A stretch of 64,000 bases of DNA from Microcoleus sp. (GCA_052279835.1 CP181291.1:2464001-2528000), one strand, 5' to 3'; shown: positions 39,503 through 51,900, numbered from the stretch's first letter. Notes: generated by a model from the letters alone, not told the origin. Numbers and translations: made by a program.

Positions 39503-39578
39503 TGTAAATATTAAGAAAAGTTATTGATTCGTGGCCAATTTGTGTCACAAAGTATCTATGGGAGCATTCAGCGGTTAT

Positions 39579-39652
39579 CAGTCCTTAGTCCTTAGTCCTT
39601 AGTCATCAGTCCTTAGTCCTTAGTCATCAGTCCTTAGTCCTTAGTCCTTAGC
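39579..39652. repeat. STRR heptamer repeat (AGTCCTT)n, followed by GACAACT/CTGCCCG-type repeats to about 39800
   Basis: about 10 tandem copies. Confidence 0.85.
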
Positions 39653-39809
39653 GCTAGGCCAATTTGCAGCTACAGACAAATGACAACTGCTTTCTTGACA
39701 ACTGCCTGCTGCCCGCTGCCCACTGCTTTCTTGACAACTGCCCGCTGCCCACTGCTTTCGTGACAACGGACAACGGACAACTACCAAATGACAACTGACG
39801 AGTAGATAT

Positions 39810-40814
39810 ATGTCTGACCTTCCTTTCACTTTAGACCAGTTACGTATTCTCAAGGCGATCGCTTCTGAAGGTAGCTTCAAACGCGCCGCTGACAGCCTCT
39901 ATGTATCCCAGCCAGCAGTTAGCTTGCAGGTGCAAAACTTAGAGAGACAGTTGGACGTGCCACTGTTCGATAGAGGGGGGCGTAGGGCTCAACTCACGGA
40001 AGCGGGACACTTGCTGCTGAGTTACGGCGAGAAAATTTTATCGCTTTGTCAAGAAACTTGTCGAGCTCTGGAAGACTTGCAAAATCTTCAAGGTGGCACC
40101 TTGATTGTGGGGGCGTCTCAAACTACTGGGACTTATTTGCTACCTCGGATGATCGGGATGTTTCGGCAAAAATACCCGGATGTGGCGGTACAACTTCACG
40201 TTCACTCGACTCGTCGTACTGCTTGGAGTGTGGCTAACGGACAAATCGATTTGGCGATTGTGGGTGGAGAAATTCCTACGGAACTTCTGGAGGCTTTGGA
40301 TGTTGTTCCTTATGCTGAGGACGAACTGGCTCTGATTCTCCCTCCGTCTCACCCGATGGTACAACAAGAAACCATCCAAAAGGAAGACCTTTACAAATTG
40401 CAGTTTATTTCCCTGGATTCCCAGTCTACTATCCGCAAAGTTATCGATCAGGTGTTGTCTCGCAGCGGCATTGATACTCGTCGCCTGAAAATTGAGATGG
40501 AACTAAATTCCATCGAGGCGATTAAAAATGCGGTGCAGTCGGGGTTGGGCGCTGCTTTTGTATCGGTTTCGGCGATCGAAAAGGAGTTGCTGATGGGGGT
40601 TTTGCACAAATCTCAAATGGAGGAAGTGGTGGTGACTCGAGTTTTGTCGCTGATTTGCAACCCCAACCGCTACCGTTCTAAAGCTGCTGAGGCTTTCAGT
40701 AATGAAATTTTGCCTTCCTTTGCTACTTATTCTGGTATCAAGGAGAGAAAAGAATCTCCCGGCTTTGAGTTCGATCCTAGAGAGATTCTATCTCCCAACT
40801 CGGCGGGTAGTTAA
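39810..40814 (+). CDS. rbcR: LysR-family regulator RbcR/Ycf30-like
   Basis: [39 protein letters not shown]-terminus typical of Ycf30. Confidence 0.88.
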   Translation: MSDLPFTLDQLRILKAIASEGSFKRAADSLYVSQPAVSLQVQNLERQLDVPLFDRGGRRAQLTEAGHLLLSYGEKILSLCQETCRALEDLQNLQGGTLIVGASQTTGTYLLPRMIGMFRQKYPDVAVQLHVHSTRRTAWSVANGQIDLAIVGGEIPTELLEALDVVPYAEDELALILPPSHPMVQQETIQKEDLYKLQFISLDSQSTIRKVIDQVLSRSGIDTRRLKIEMELNSIEAIKNAVQSGLGAAFVSVSAIEKELLMGVLHKSQMEEVVVTRVLSLICNPNRYRSKAAEAFSNEILPSFATYSGIKERKESPGFEFDPREILSPNSAGS

Positions 40815-41154
40815 TCTGTGGACTGGGGCGTGATCGGTGGCGGGTAGCCATCTCAAGTATTTGTTGATTTGGGAGGGACACAGGGGTACAAAGGGAGAGG
40901 GGGATAGAATTTTACTTTTTTTCCCCAAGGATTTAAGTATACAATTTAAAGGCGCGACTGTTGATTAGACTTCTTTAAAAAAGTAAGTCTTGAACAGGCT
41001 TTCTGGTCTGTTGCACAATAAATATGGTCGATGTCTATTAGATTGTTGTGTCTATCCCGGTCTGATTTGGTAGTGAGAATGCTTCTCCTCACCATGAGGT
41101 TGAATAGCTAAGGGTCGATTCTTCAATTCTTTTGTCTCAAATCTAAAATTGATA

Positions 41155-42615
41155 ATGGAAGTTTACTGCACGCGCCCAGGATGTCCGCGCCCTCAAAACT
41201 ATTTTCCCGATCTCGATGACAGTTCGCTGCTGAAAACTGTGCAGCAAAGGTATTGCAAAACCTGTGGAATGCCCCTGATTCTGAGCGGCCGCTATTTGCC
41301 GGTCAGGCTTTTGGGTCAAGGCGGTTTTGGGGCTGCCTTTCTGGCTCGCGATCGCTATACTCCGGCGATGCGGCAGTGCGTTGCTAAACTGTTGCAACCG
41401 TCGGTGAGTCTGACTCCGGCACAACTAACAATCGCTCAGAATCTGTTTGAACGGGAAGCGGCGGTTTTGGAAGAACTGGGCAACGAACACCCGCAAATTC
41501 CGAGTTTGCTGGCTTTTTTTGAGTTGACTGTTCCCAGTTTGCAGGCGGGGAAAACCGATCAGTTTTTCTATCTGGTTCAAGAATTTATTGATGGTGAAAA
41601 TTTGGAGCAGGAACTGGCTGTAAAAGGCAAGTTTTCGGAATCGGAAACGGTGGAAGTATTGCGGGAAATTTTGAAGGTTCTCGATTTTGTTCACTCTCGC
41701 GGTTCGATTCACCGGGATATTAAACCTGCTAATATTATGCGGGGGAAAAATGGTCGGCTTTATCTATTAGATTTTGGGGCGGTTAAACAGGTAACTCAAA
41801 GTGCAGGAAGTGCTAAAGCTTCTACTGGGATTTATTCTTTGGGTTATGCTCCCCCAGAACAAATGAATGGCCAAGAGGTTTATCCGGCTACGGATTTGTA
41901 TGCTTTGGGTGTGACTTGTATTACTTTGCTGAGTGGTTTGCAGCCGACGGAGTTGTTTGATAGTTACAGAAATGAGTGGAATTGGCATTCGCGGGTGCAG
42001 ATTAACTCGCGTTTGGCTCAAGTTCTCGATCGAATGTTGTTATCAGCTCCCAGCCAGCGTTTTCAATCTGTGGCCCTGGTGGAAGTGGCTCTCAAGTCGG
42101 GGCCTCAACCACATTCTCAACAGTCTACTGTCGTCGTGGCACCGCCTCCGATAGGGACTCCGCAGCCCCCTCCCGCACCGCAGCCGCTGCCTCCTACGGT
42201 AATTCCTGGGACTGCTCCGGGAGGCTTGCAACCTTCGCCGAGAGGGTCTTTTTCGATCTGGGAGGTGTTGTCGGGGGCTGCGTTTACGGGTTTTGAGGGA
42301 GGGTTGCTGGCGATCGCCCTGACGAGTTTGCTGCCCTCTCCTGGGCTGAGTATGGGATTGTTGGGGATGATTCTGGGGGGGCTGATTTATGGTCAATATC
42401 GCCGAACGCTCGAAGTAACTGAGATGTTGACTATTGGCGCTGGTACTCTGGCTTTGTTGGTGTTTTTCCCGGCTTTGCGATCGGCGGCAACTGTGATTTA
42501 TCCTGGTGCTACTATCATGGGCGTGTTGTTTGTGGGGTGGTTGGGGGCTTTAGGTGCGATCGCTGCAACTGCTATATTTCGTTTGATTTATAAGTTTCTT
42601 TCTCATCTTTTTTAA
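41155..42615 (+). CDS. membrane-anchored Ser/Thr protein kinase
   Basis: YCTRPGC, LGQGGFG, HRDIKPAN, DFG; Pro-rich linker; C-terminal TMs. Confidence 0.92.
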   Translation: MEVYCTRPGCPRPQNYFPDLDDSSLLKTVQQRYCKTCGMPLILSGRYLPVRLLGQGGFGAAFLARDRYTPAMRQCVAKLLQPSVSLTPAQLTIAQNLFEREAAVLEELGNEHPQIPSLLAFFELTVPSLQAGKTDQFFYLVQEFIDGENLEQELAVKGKFSESETVEVLREILKVLDFVHSRGSIHRDIKPANIMRGKNGRLYLLDFGAVKQVTQSAGSAKASTGIYSLGYAPPEQMNGQEVYPATDLYALGVTCITLLSGLQPTELFDSYRNEWNWHSRVQINSRLAQVLDRMLLSAPSQRFQSVALVEVALKSGPQPHSQQSTVVVAPPPIGTPQPPPAPQPLPPTVIPGTAPGGLQPSPRGSFSIWEVLSGAAFTGFEGGLLAIALTSLLPSPGLSMGLLGMILGGLIYGQYRRTLEVTEMLTIGAGTLALLVFFPALRSAATVIYPGATIMGVLFVGWLGALGAIAATAIFRLIYKFLSHLF

Positions 42616-42658
42616 TCAAGCTAAATCTATGCCAAATCAGAATTTAGTAGGCGGTGTA

Positions 42659-42797
42659 ATATCGTTTCCGATTGTATCGGAATGATTTAACCGCGAAGGC
42701 GCTAAGGACGACCCCCCCCTGCCCCCCCCAAGGGGGGAAAGAGGAAGAGAAGAGAGAGTAGAGAGATGAATAATTCGGATGCTACCGGATTTGATAT
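42659..42797. repeat. dispersed MITE-like repeat, copy 3
   Basis: ATATC...TCCG / CGGATTTGATAT ends; shared GATTTAACCGC and GAGAGATGAATAATT cores. Confidence 0.7.
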
Positions 42798-42913
42798 CAG
42801 AAAGCACTTTGCGGTTGTGACTTTTTTCCTAGTCTCCAGCCCCAAAATTAGTCGAATTGACTCTAGCGCGATCGGTGGCGGATGCGCTAAGCGGCTACAG
42901 ATAACTCTAAAAA

Positions 42914-43639
42914 TCAGAGCTTTGACATGAAATCCAGACTGGGAAATTCCTGTATGTTTTGGGAATTGGTTAAATCCAATTTCCCTACCTCAAATTTTTC
43001 CTGTTTTCGATTTAACCAAATTGATTTTAATCCAGCATTTATAGCACCGCAATAATCTGCTTTGAAACTATCGCCGATATGCACAACATTTGCAGCAATG
43101 CAGTGGTGTTTTTGCAAAGCGGTAGTGAAAATTTTTGAGTCTGGTTTGGCCGCACCAACTTCGGTGGAAATGGTCACTGATGTGAAATATTCTGCTAAAT
43201 TTAGTGCTTTTAATACGGCATAAAGTCGTGAATCAAAATTCGAGACTACGGCTAATTCTATTCCTTGTTGCTGCCACCTCTTTAATGCGGGTAACACATC
43301 GGGATAGACAAACCAAGGTTCGGCGGTGGCAAAATGAGCGTACAGTTCGGCAAAGAAATGGGGAAAGTCTGAGAATTGATTGAAAACGCCTGCTATTTGA
43401 AAAGCGTTAGCGCAAACTGCTTGCCACCATTCAAATTCTAGTTGGGGAATTTTGGCTGATTCTATTCCGGGAAATGCCATCGGAGTTGAGTTGGCAAAAC
43501 TTTGGAAAAATGCTGTATTTAACTCTTCGTTAGAAACAGTTATTCCCCAACTGCTGGCAAATTTTCCGTAGACTTCGCCGACGCTACCGCGCACGTCAAA
43601 TAGTGTGCCTGCGGCATCTAAAAAAATTACTTTTGTCAT
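42914..43639 (-). CDS. HAD-superfamily hydrolase (REG-2-like)
   Basis: FLDAAGTL, VSNFD, KPD, HIGDS. Confidence 0.9.
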   Translation of the reverse strand: MTKVIFLDAAGTLFDVRGSVGEVYGKFASSWGITVSNEELNTAFFQSFANSTPMAFPGIESAKIPQLEFEWWQAVCANAFQIAGVFNQFSDFPHFFAELYAHFATAEPWFVYPDVLPALKRWQQQGIELAVVSNFDSRLYAVLKALNLAEYFTSVTISTEVGAAKPDSKIFTTALQKHHCIAANVVHIGDSFKADYCGAINAGLKSIWLNRKQEKFEVGKLDLTNSQNIQEFPSLDFMSKL

Positions 43640-43791
43640 TTGTTATTTGTTATTTGTTATTTGTTATTGGTTGTTGGTTGTTGGTTGTTAGATACTTCGG
43701 CGGTTGAAACCGCTACTATACAAACAAAGTCCGCCTACGCGGACTAATGAATACAGTTAATTGTCAAAAATTAATAATTAACAATTAACCA

Positions 43792-44985
43792 TTAACTTTT
43801 TAACAAATCTTGAATCGGTCTGCTAATCCAATTGAAACCAACTTTCACTTGATGGTCAAAGGTTGGCATTCGATAGAGATAGGCTAAGCGGCGAGCAATG
43901 TGGGCTAGTTGTCCGTCGAGTTGAATTCCTAAACCTGCCATGGTGGCGTTGTCTATTCCTAATGTCATCATTTCTCCTAGCGGCTGATACCGGAAAGGAA
44001 GTAAAGGCCGACCGGTGAGGGAAGCCCAGATGTTCCAGGCTGTGTAGTCAGCTTGCTGGAAGGCTACTTGGGCTGTGCTGGGAACTTTTTGGTCGGTGGC
44101 GTCGTGACATTCGGCTATATCTCCTAGGGCAAATATGTCTGGACGATCGACTATTTGCAATGTGGGGGTAGTGATTAGTTGACCGCGTTGGTTTTGTTTG
44201 AGAGGAAGCGATCGCACTGCTTGACTAACTTGAGTTCCTACTGTCCACAATACTATGTCTACCGGCAGAATATCTAATTGTCCTTTGTACATTAAGGAAA
44301 TTGTGTCTGATCCGATCGAGTCTACGCTAGTTTCTAAGTCGGTCCAAACTTGTCGTTTTTCTAAGGCTTTTCTGGCTGCGTCTCGGTTGAACTCCGGCGA
44401 TGTCCGCAAAATCATGTCGCTTTGTTCGACTAACCGCACGCGACCTTTTTCTCCGAGTCGATCGGCTAGTTTGCAAGCCAATTCTACTCCAGAATAACCG
44501 GCACCGACGATCGCCACCCGAATTTTGTCGGTATTTTTGGCTTCTAAAAATCGCAGTCTTTCTTCTAGTCGGTAAGCGTCCTTGAGTGTGCGAAATGAAT
44601 AAGCATACTCAACTGCACCATTGACCATATCTAGAGGGGTTTCGCCTCCTAAAGCTAACACGAGGCGATCGCACGCAAATTCTGGGCCGTCGTGTAATTG
44701 GACTCGTTTTGTTTCTAAGTCGATGCCACAGACAGTGCCTTGACAAAAGCGCACCCCTGTGTTTTCTAATAGTTCGGTAAAGGGTGGGGCAATTTCCCAA
44801 CTTTGTAGTTCGTTGGTTAGGAGTTCGTACAGCAGGGGCACGAACAGGAATCGATCGCGGCGATCGACTAGGACGATTTCGGGTTTTTCGGCTTTGGGGA
44901 AGGGTAACTGACTTAAACGCAGGGCCGTGTAGAGTCCGCCGAAGCCTCCGCCAAGAATGCAAATCCGGGGTTGTTGTTGAGTCAT
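43792..44985 (-). CDS. ndbB: type II NAD(P)H dehydrogenase / demethylphylloquinone reductase NdbB-like
   Basis: ICILGGGFGGLYTALRL, VGAGYSGVELA, FALGD, TAQVAFQQA. Confidence 0.85.
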   Translation of the reverse strand: MTQQQPRICILGGGFGGLYTALRLSQLPFPKAEKPEIVLVDRRDRFLFVPLLYELLTNELQSWEIAPPFTELLENTGVRFCQGTVCGIDLETKRVQLHDGPEFACDRLVLALGGETPLDMVNGAVEYAYSFRTLKDAYRLEERLRFLEAKNTDKIRVAIVGAGYSGVELACKLADRLGEKGRVRLVEQSDMILRTSPEFNRDAARKALEKRQVWTDLETSVDSIGSDTISLMYKGQLDILPVDIVLWTVGTQVSQAVRSLPLKQNQRGQLITTPTLQIVDRPDIFALGDIAECHDATDQKVPSTAQVAFQQADYTAWNIWASLTGRPLLPFRYQPLGEMMTLGIDNATMAGLGIQLDGQLAHIARRLAYLYRMPTFDHQVKVGFNWISRPIQDLLKS

Positions 44986-45478
44986 GGTGTTTTGAGGGGC
45001 GATCGATTCTGGGCAACTTATTTATTGTAACGAGATGGGGAGTGGGAGAGGGGGGGAGTGAAAAAGAGGGGGAGTGGAAGAGAGGAGATAATTTTGATTA
45101 TTGCTGCTTCCCCCTCCCGATAGAGGTAATTAAACCCAATACAAGTTACGAATTTTCACAGAAGCAAAAAATCAGGAAGACTGAGGCTAAAGTTAGGTCG
45201 ATCGCTGTTTTTGCCTCGATCCCCACCCCTGTCTTCCCGCTGCTACCAGTCTCAGACGATCGATCCCGTGCCAAAACCTCTGTTTATCCCAAACCCTAGC
45301 CTCCACTGTATTTCCGACTCTATACATTTCCCTATTAGCGGCTATCAAATTTTCTGAATGTTTAAACAACAAATTATATACTATATTAATCAATAAGGAA
45401 TTCTTGTTTTAATCAAATTCACTTTTTATGGGCCATCTACTTTAATATTTCAACCCGCACTCACCAGCGTAAAAAAAT

Positions 45479-47857
45479 ATGCAAATTTACTCAAATTCAT
45501 CTAAAGTTACGGAGGGCGCAACTCCTAGTGAAGCAGATTCATTTTTGTTAAACAGTGAAGAAACATATAAAACTTTAGTGGCTAATATTCCTGGTGCTAT
45601 CTACCGTTGTATCTGGGACTTGAGCGACCCCACGGCTGGTAAACGGAGGATGGCTTTTTTGAGCGAGGCGATTCAAGAAATATCAGGCTATCCCGCCTCG
45701 GATTTTGTTAACGATCGCGTCCGTGATTTTGCTAGCATTATTCATCCTCAAGACCGCAAGAATGTCGAAGCTTTGTTGCTGCAAAGTGTGGTATCTAAAA
45801 CTCCCTACATCCTGGAATACCGGATTGTCAGACATGACGGCGGTATTAGCTGGGTTTATGAAAAAGGCAAACCTGTTTATTGCCAAGTAAAAGAGGCGAA
45901 TTTGGCATCTAATTCCCAGGAAATACCAAGGGAATTAGATTTAAAAACAGAAATAGAAAATGGTAATATCACCGATTTGAAATCAGCAGAAAAATTTCGG
46001 GATTCCTTAGTCTCCTACCCTGGCCAAATCCCTGATTCGCAGTTGGTAGTGGTTTGTTTCGACGGGGTAATTTTGGATATTACCGATCGCAGACAGACAG
46101 AAGAAATACTCAGGGAGAGAGAGAGTTATTACCGCTGCATTGTGGAGACTGCTTCCGAGGGCGTTTGGATGTTCGACTCAGAAAGCAAAACGACTTTTGC
46201 GAATTCTCGGATGGCAGAAATGCTAGGGTATACAGTGGAGGAAATTCAGGGGCGATCGCTCTTTGAATTTATTGACGACAATACTAAGGAAATTGCCAAT
46301 ATTTACGTGCAGCGACGACGCCAAGGTATCCGGGAACGCCACGATTTTCAGTTTACTCGCAAAGATGGCTCTCACTTGTGGGCGATCGTCTCTGCGACAC
46401 CGATGTTTGATGTCAACGGCGAATTTTCTGGGGTTTTGCGGATGATTACTGATATTAGCGATCGCAAACAAGCCGAAGCGGAATTGCGACAAACCCTCCA
46501 AGAACTAGAATTTGAAAAATTTGCCTTGGATCAATCTGCGATCGTCTCGAATACCGACGAGTTCGGCGCTATTACTTATGTCAACGACCAATTTTGCGAA
46601 CTCTTTAAATACGATCGAGAAGAACTGATTGGCAAAACTCACCTAGTGGTCAATTCTAGCTATCACTCTGCCGATTTTTTTAAGCGGCTTTGGTCAACCA
46701 TTCGCCAGGGGAATGTTTGGCGGGGAGAGCTGAAAAATCTAGCTAAAGATGGCACATATTTTTGGTTAGATACTACCATTGTACCTTGCTTAAACAGCAA
46801 AGGGAAACCCCATCAATATGTAGCAATCAGCAAAAATATTACAGCTCGAAAAAAAGCCGAAGAAGCTGTGCGACTTTCTGAAAGTGAATTGAGGACTAAA
46901 AATCAAGAATTGGCAAAGGCTTTGCGGGATGTGCAGCAAACTCAAAGCCTGATGGTACAAAATGAAAAAATGGTCAGCTTGGGGCAATTGGTAGCTGGAG
47001 TAGCTCACGAAATTAACAATCCCGTCAGCTTTATTTACGGCAATGTCATGCACGCTGACGATTACTTTCAAGACTTGTTAAAAATGCTGCTACTTTATCA
47101 GGAAGAATACCCTGAACCCACCGAAGCAATTCGAGAAGAGATAGATGATATCGATTTAAATTTTCTGCTTCAAGATTTGCCAAAACTCTTAAATTCGATG
47201 AAAATGGGAGCTGAGCGAATTCGCCAAATTGTACTCTCGCTGAAAAATTTTTCACGGTTGGATGAAGCAGGACAAAAGCACGTAGATATTCATGAAGGTA
47301 TTGACAGCAGTTTGTTGATTTTGCAGCATAGGCTGAAAGAAACGCCGGGACATCCTAAAATTTTGCTAGTCAAAGAATACGGCGATTTGCCTTGCGTACA
47401 GTGTTATGCTGGGCAATTGAATCAGGTATTTATGAATATTATTGGCAATGCCATTGATGCTTTGGAAGAAGCTATGGAAACTGGGCAGTGGGCTGAGGAT
47501 GTGAATTCATTTATTCCTTCTTGTCCTTCGCCAACGTTGCGGATTTGTACGGAAGTAAAGTATGAACCGGATGTGTTGATGGAAAGAGACAATGTTGTTT
47601 ATGATGCTTCTAGCCGGAATCCCACTCATATTGTAATTCGGATTGCTGACAACGGGCCAGGAATTCCAGCAGCAGTTCACCAAAGGCTGTTCGATCCTTT
47701 TTTCACGACAAAAGCACCGGGAAAAGGGACTGGTTTGGGGCTGTCGATTAGTTATCAAATTGTGGTGGAAAAGCACGGCGGACAGTTGCATTGCTATTCA
47801 GCGCCCGGTCAAGGAACCGAATTTGCGATCGAGATTCCTATAGTTAGCAGTCATTAG
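45479..47857 (+). CDS. multi-PAS sensor histidine kinase
   Basis: three PAS/PAC blocks, GVAHEINNP, DPFFTTKAPGKGTGLG. Confidence 0.93.
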   Translation: MQIYSNSSKVTEGATPSEADSFLLNSEETYKTLVANIPGAIYRCIWDLSDPTAGKRRMAFLSEAIQEISGYPASDFVNDRVRDFASIIHPQDRKNVEALLLQSVVSKTPYILEYRIVRHDGGISWVYEKGKPVYCQVKEANLASNSQEIPRELDLKTEIENGNITDLKSAEKFRDSLVSYPGQIPDSQLVVVCFDGVILDITDRRQTEEILRERESYYRCIVETASEGVWMFDSESKTTFANSRMAEMLGYTVEEIQGRSLFEFIDDNTKEIANIYVQRRRQGIRERHDFQFTRKDGSHLWAIVSATPMFDVNGEFSGVLRMITDISDRKQAEAELRQTLQELEFEKFALDQSAIVSNTDEFGAITYVNDQFCELFKYDREELIGKTHLVVNSSYHSADFFKRLWSTIRQGNVWRGELKNLAKDGTYFWLDTTIVPCLNSKGKPHQYVAISKNITARKKAEEAVRLSESELRTKNQELAKALRDVQQTQSLMVQNEKMVSLGQLVAGVAHEINNPVSFIYGNVMHADDYFQDLLKMLLLYQEEYPEPTEAIREEIDDIDLNFLLQDLPKLLNSMKMGAERIRQIVLSLKNFSRLDEAGQKHVDIHEGIDSSLLILQHRLKETPGHPKILLVKEYGDLPCVQCYAGQLNQVFMNIIGNAIDALEEAMETGQWAEDVNSFIPSCPSPTLRICTEVKYEPDVLMERDNVVYDASSRNPTHIVIRIADNGPGIPAAVHQRLFDPFFTTKAPGKGTGLGLSISYQIVVEKHGGQLHCYSAPGQGTEFAIEIPIVSSH

Positions 47858-47902
47858 TCACTTAACTAATTCCAAATTCCCCATTACCCCTTACCAATTT
47901 CT

Positions 47903-48328
47903 ATGAAATATCATGTAATTTACGACGGCAATTGCAATCTCTGCGTCACCTTAGTGCAGCTACTGGAAAACTTAGATCGAGGTCAGAGATTTGAGTATAT
48001 TCCTATGCAAGATTTACAGGAATTAGAGCATTTTGGGATAACTTCTGGTGACTGCGAAATGGGGATGATTTTGATAGATAGTGACACACCTCAACGGCGT
48101 TGGCAAGGTAGCGATGCGGCGGAGGAAATCGGGCGAATATTACCCGGAGGTGAGGTATTTGTGGCTGCTTACCGTGCCATGCCGGGGATGAAGTGGATGG
48201 GGGATCGCGTTTACGAACAAGTGCGGGACAATCGCTATACTTTATTTGGCAAGCGTTCTACCACTTACAAATCAGTTTATGCTATTGGCTGTCGGGCGAT
48301 CGACAATTGCGATCGTAGCAAGGACTAA
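47903..48328 (+). CDS. DCC1/DUF393 thiol-disulfide oxidoreductase family protein
   Basis: IYDGNCNLC motif; VRDNRYTLFGK. Confidence 0.88.
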   Translation: MKYHVIYDGNCNLCVTLVQLLENLDRGQRFEYIPMQDLQELEHFGITSGDCEMGMILIDSDTPQRRWQGSDAAEEIGRILPGGEVFVAAYRAMPGMKWMGDRVYEQVRDNRYTLFGKRSTTYKSVYAIGCRAIDNCDRSKD

Positions 48329-48403
48329 AATCCTTGCTACTAACCTGTTCTTAGTCAGGACTTTATTCCTCAAAAACCAGGTTTGTAGTCAGGAATTTAG
48401 TCC

Positions 48404-48829
48404 TCAAAAAGATGGATTAAAGAGATTAAATATCTCCTGGCAAAAATGTTTGAGTTTTTGTGACGACTCCGCAGCAGGTTCGGTTGGGCCAAGAAAACTC
48501 CAACTTTCCACAGTAGAAAAACGCCACTGTTGACCAGTATGATCGTAGCCGGCTGCTTCAACTCCGATCGCCCGCCGAGATCCTTCTACCGGATCTTGGT
48601 AAAATCGGATTTGAATCAGGATGCTGCGGCTTTGTAACAAGCGACTTCTACCTGGAAAATGAAAGCCAATGTCAATAGAATCGGGATCGACAAGTTCTCT
48701 AGTATCTGCGTCATTCATCCAAGGTTTCAAATCGACTTTCACATCCGGGAATTCCGATTTGAATAAATTAACAACCGCAGCAATTTTGCTCGTAAGTTCA
48801 ATATTTTTAGCTTGTTCGGCAGCGTTCAC
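48404..48829 (-). CDS. conserved hypothetical cyanobacterial protein
   Basis: intact ORF, DPDSIDIGFHFPG motif; GTG start assumed. Confidence 0.7.
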   Translation of the reverse strand: MNAAEQAKNIELTSKIAAVVNLFKSEFPDVKVDLKPWMNDADTRELVDPDSIDIGFHFPGRSRLLQSRSILIQIRFYQDPVEGSRRAIGVEAAGYDHTGQQWRFSTVESWSFLGPTEPAAESSQKLKHFCQEIFNLFNPSF

Positions 48830-48969
48830 TGGCAAAACTCCTATCAAATACACTTATGACATTTAGCTAACAATGTAACTGCATACTGCCGAATCTAGAC
48901 TGTAAACAGCGGACTTTTTCCCAGATAATTAGACATTGACAAATTTTTAAATATATGTTAATCCCTATC

Positions 48970-51900
48970 TTAATCCAACTGTAGGGCGATCGCAAATTCT
49001 GTCCCTGTTCCCACTACCGAATCACAAGTCAGTTTGCCACCGTGGGTTTCTTCCACAATTTGACGACTGATAGATAAACCCAACCCTGTCCCTTTTCCAA
49101 CACCTTTGGTAGTGAATAAATGGTCAAAAATCCGCGCTACAACTTCCTCAGAAATTCCCCTGCCATTATCTCCAATCTTAATGACAACTATTTGATGCTC
49201 GTCATCAATTTGAGTTTTGATAGTAATGATATTAGGAGCGAGTTCAATCTCATCAAAACTCCGACCTTTATTTGCTTCTTCAAAACAGTCGATCGCGTTT
49301 GCCAGAATATTCATAAACACCTGATTCAACTGTCCCAAATAACACTTAACTTTTGGGATATTTCCATACTCCTTAACCACTTGAATCAGGGGACGGTCGG
49401 AATTAGCTTTTAAGCGATGCTGTAAAATCATTAAAGTGCTGTCAATCCCTTCATGGATATCTGCCGATACTTTTTGGCTAGTGTCAGCACGGGAGAAGGT
49501 GCGGAGAGATGTGCTAATATTGCGAATGCGATCGCACCCAACTTTCATCGACCCCAACATTTTCGGCAAATCTTGTATAAGATACTCTAAATCAATATCT
49601 TCAGCATCCTGTTCAATTTTTGAGCTTGGAGCTGTCACTTCTTCCTGATATAACTTCAAATGGTTAATCAAATCAGCAACACTCCTATTAGCTTCGTTAA
49701 TATTCCCCGCAATAAAACCAACCGGATTATTGATTTCGTGAGCGACACCAGCCACTAAATTACCCAAAGAAGACATTTTTTCACTTTGAATTAATTGCAG
49801 TTGTGCTTGTTGTAGTTCCGAGAAAGACTTTTCTAATAGTTGAGATTTTTCTTGCTCGCGAGCGTACAAACTAGCATTCTCAATCGCTATAGCAACTTGA
49901 GTAACTAAAACCTTTAAAACTTCTACCCTGTCGGTGGTAAAAGCTCCGGCTGTTAACTTATTTTCTAGATAAATAATCCCTTGCAGATGGGATTGATAAA
50001 TAATTGGCAAACACAGAATTGATTTAATTTGAAATTCTCTAATATAGACATCTGCCTGAAAAAATTCAGCAACATTCCCATCCTCCAATACCAGAGGCTG
50101 TTGACTGCGAAAAACATAGTTAATCACAGAAATTGGCAAATCTTGACTGTTTTCCAAGGGTATAGATTGTAAAATAGTTGCCGTGCTATCTGTAGAATTA
50201 CCTACTGCTTCAATGCAGAGTCCATCGCCTTTAAGCAGCAACAGCACGACTTTTTGAGCCGCCGCATTTTCTAAAAGGATTTTAATTAATTTTGTCAACA
50301 AGTTTTCGAGAACAATTTCACTGTTAATCGCTTGCGAAGACTTAATAAAAGTAGCCACGTCTAAGAAATCGCCCAAACCATTGCTGGTAGTGCTTCCAGT
50401 GGTAGTGCGCGTGACATCGAGGGTTGTGCTTGGGGCTTGGGTGGTGCGTGTTTGTGTTAACAAAAAAGGATGTATTGACTCTAAGTGTTTAACTTTTGCT
50501 AGAGCTCCCCAGCGGATGTAGCCGTAATAAGCTTTAGTCAGATATGCTTGAGCAATTATCTGTTTTCCCAGATATTGATAGAATTCTCCGGCTAATTCAT
50601 AAGCTAAGGCTTCATCTTGAAGATAACCGTTTTTGGCAGCGCCAGCAATTGCGCGATCGTACAATTCCATTGCTTCGGAATTTTGCCCCAACACTCGCGC
50701 TTTTTCGCCTGCTACCAAGTCGTATTTGTGCTGGTAATTCATGGGAGCATTAACCGCCCATTTCTTCATCTTATTTAGGATTTCTACCACTTTTTTGAAA
50801 TATTGCTTTTGCTCCTCTTTTTCAGCTTGGGGATACAAAGCCAGGAGACTCAAGGAGTAGTAGAATTTACTCACAGAAACTATATAAAATCCCGCTGCTA
50901 CTTCTTCGTATTTCTCGAACAACCGTGAATTTTCTACAGATTCGGTGTAGTTTTTAAACATATAATTCAGCATAGCTTTGGCATTATAAGCCAAACAAAC
51001 TAAAACAAAGCTTTTACCTTCAATCAAAGCTGGTAGCAATTTGAATTCATTAAAAATTTCTCCCACTAAATGACAGGTATCAGTAGTTTTTCCACACAAG
51101 TTTAGGGCGATTTCTTTCTCTATACTTATAGACAGCCAAGAGCTTTCTTGTTTAAGTTGCTGCATTAGTTTCACATACTTATCTGTCTCCTCTGCAACCA
51201 CATCTAGAGGCTTTCCCATCCACAGTGTATAAGTACAATATATATTAATAGAATAACCAGCATATTCCAATTCTCCTGCTTCCATCCCGCTTTGAAAACC
51301 TTCCTTGAGATAACCTAATGCAGACTTGAGTTCGACTTTCCAAGGTAGAATAAAAGCACCAAGACCTGTATAAACTTTACTTTTAATTGAACGAGATGAA
51401 CATTTTTCTAATAGCTTAATTCCCAGTTGGCCGAATTGATAGGCCAAACTAAAGTCCCCTAGCTTGGACAGAACTGCGCCATAATAAACGTAAGCGACAC
51501 TAGCATAAGGCGAATTTCCATATTTAATACACAGCTTGACCATCGTAAAGGTCAGCAGCGGTACCAGTAGGGGCTTGGCTGCAATAGCAGATCCGAGAAT
51601 CACTGATAAAATTCGCATGGCTGCTTGTTTGTCAGGAGCGGTCATTTCTGGTAAGGTTGCTAAGTCGTTAATTGGCTTAGTTCCTAATCTCAGCTTGCTC
51701 TCGATCAGTCCTAGCACAATATTCGGAACCTTGGGATTTTCAGGAAAATGAATGCCTAACAGTTTGAGCACTTCTAGTCCTGTATTTAGGGCTTCTATGA
51801 GTCTATTCTGAACATTATAGGACTGGAGTTGAAGTTCGTAGACATTGAGTTTTTCCAGGAGAGTTTTAGCTTGAATCAAGGTAAAATCAACTAATCTCTT

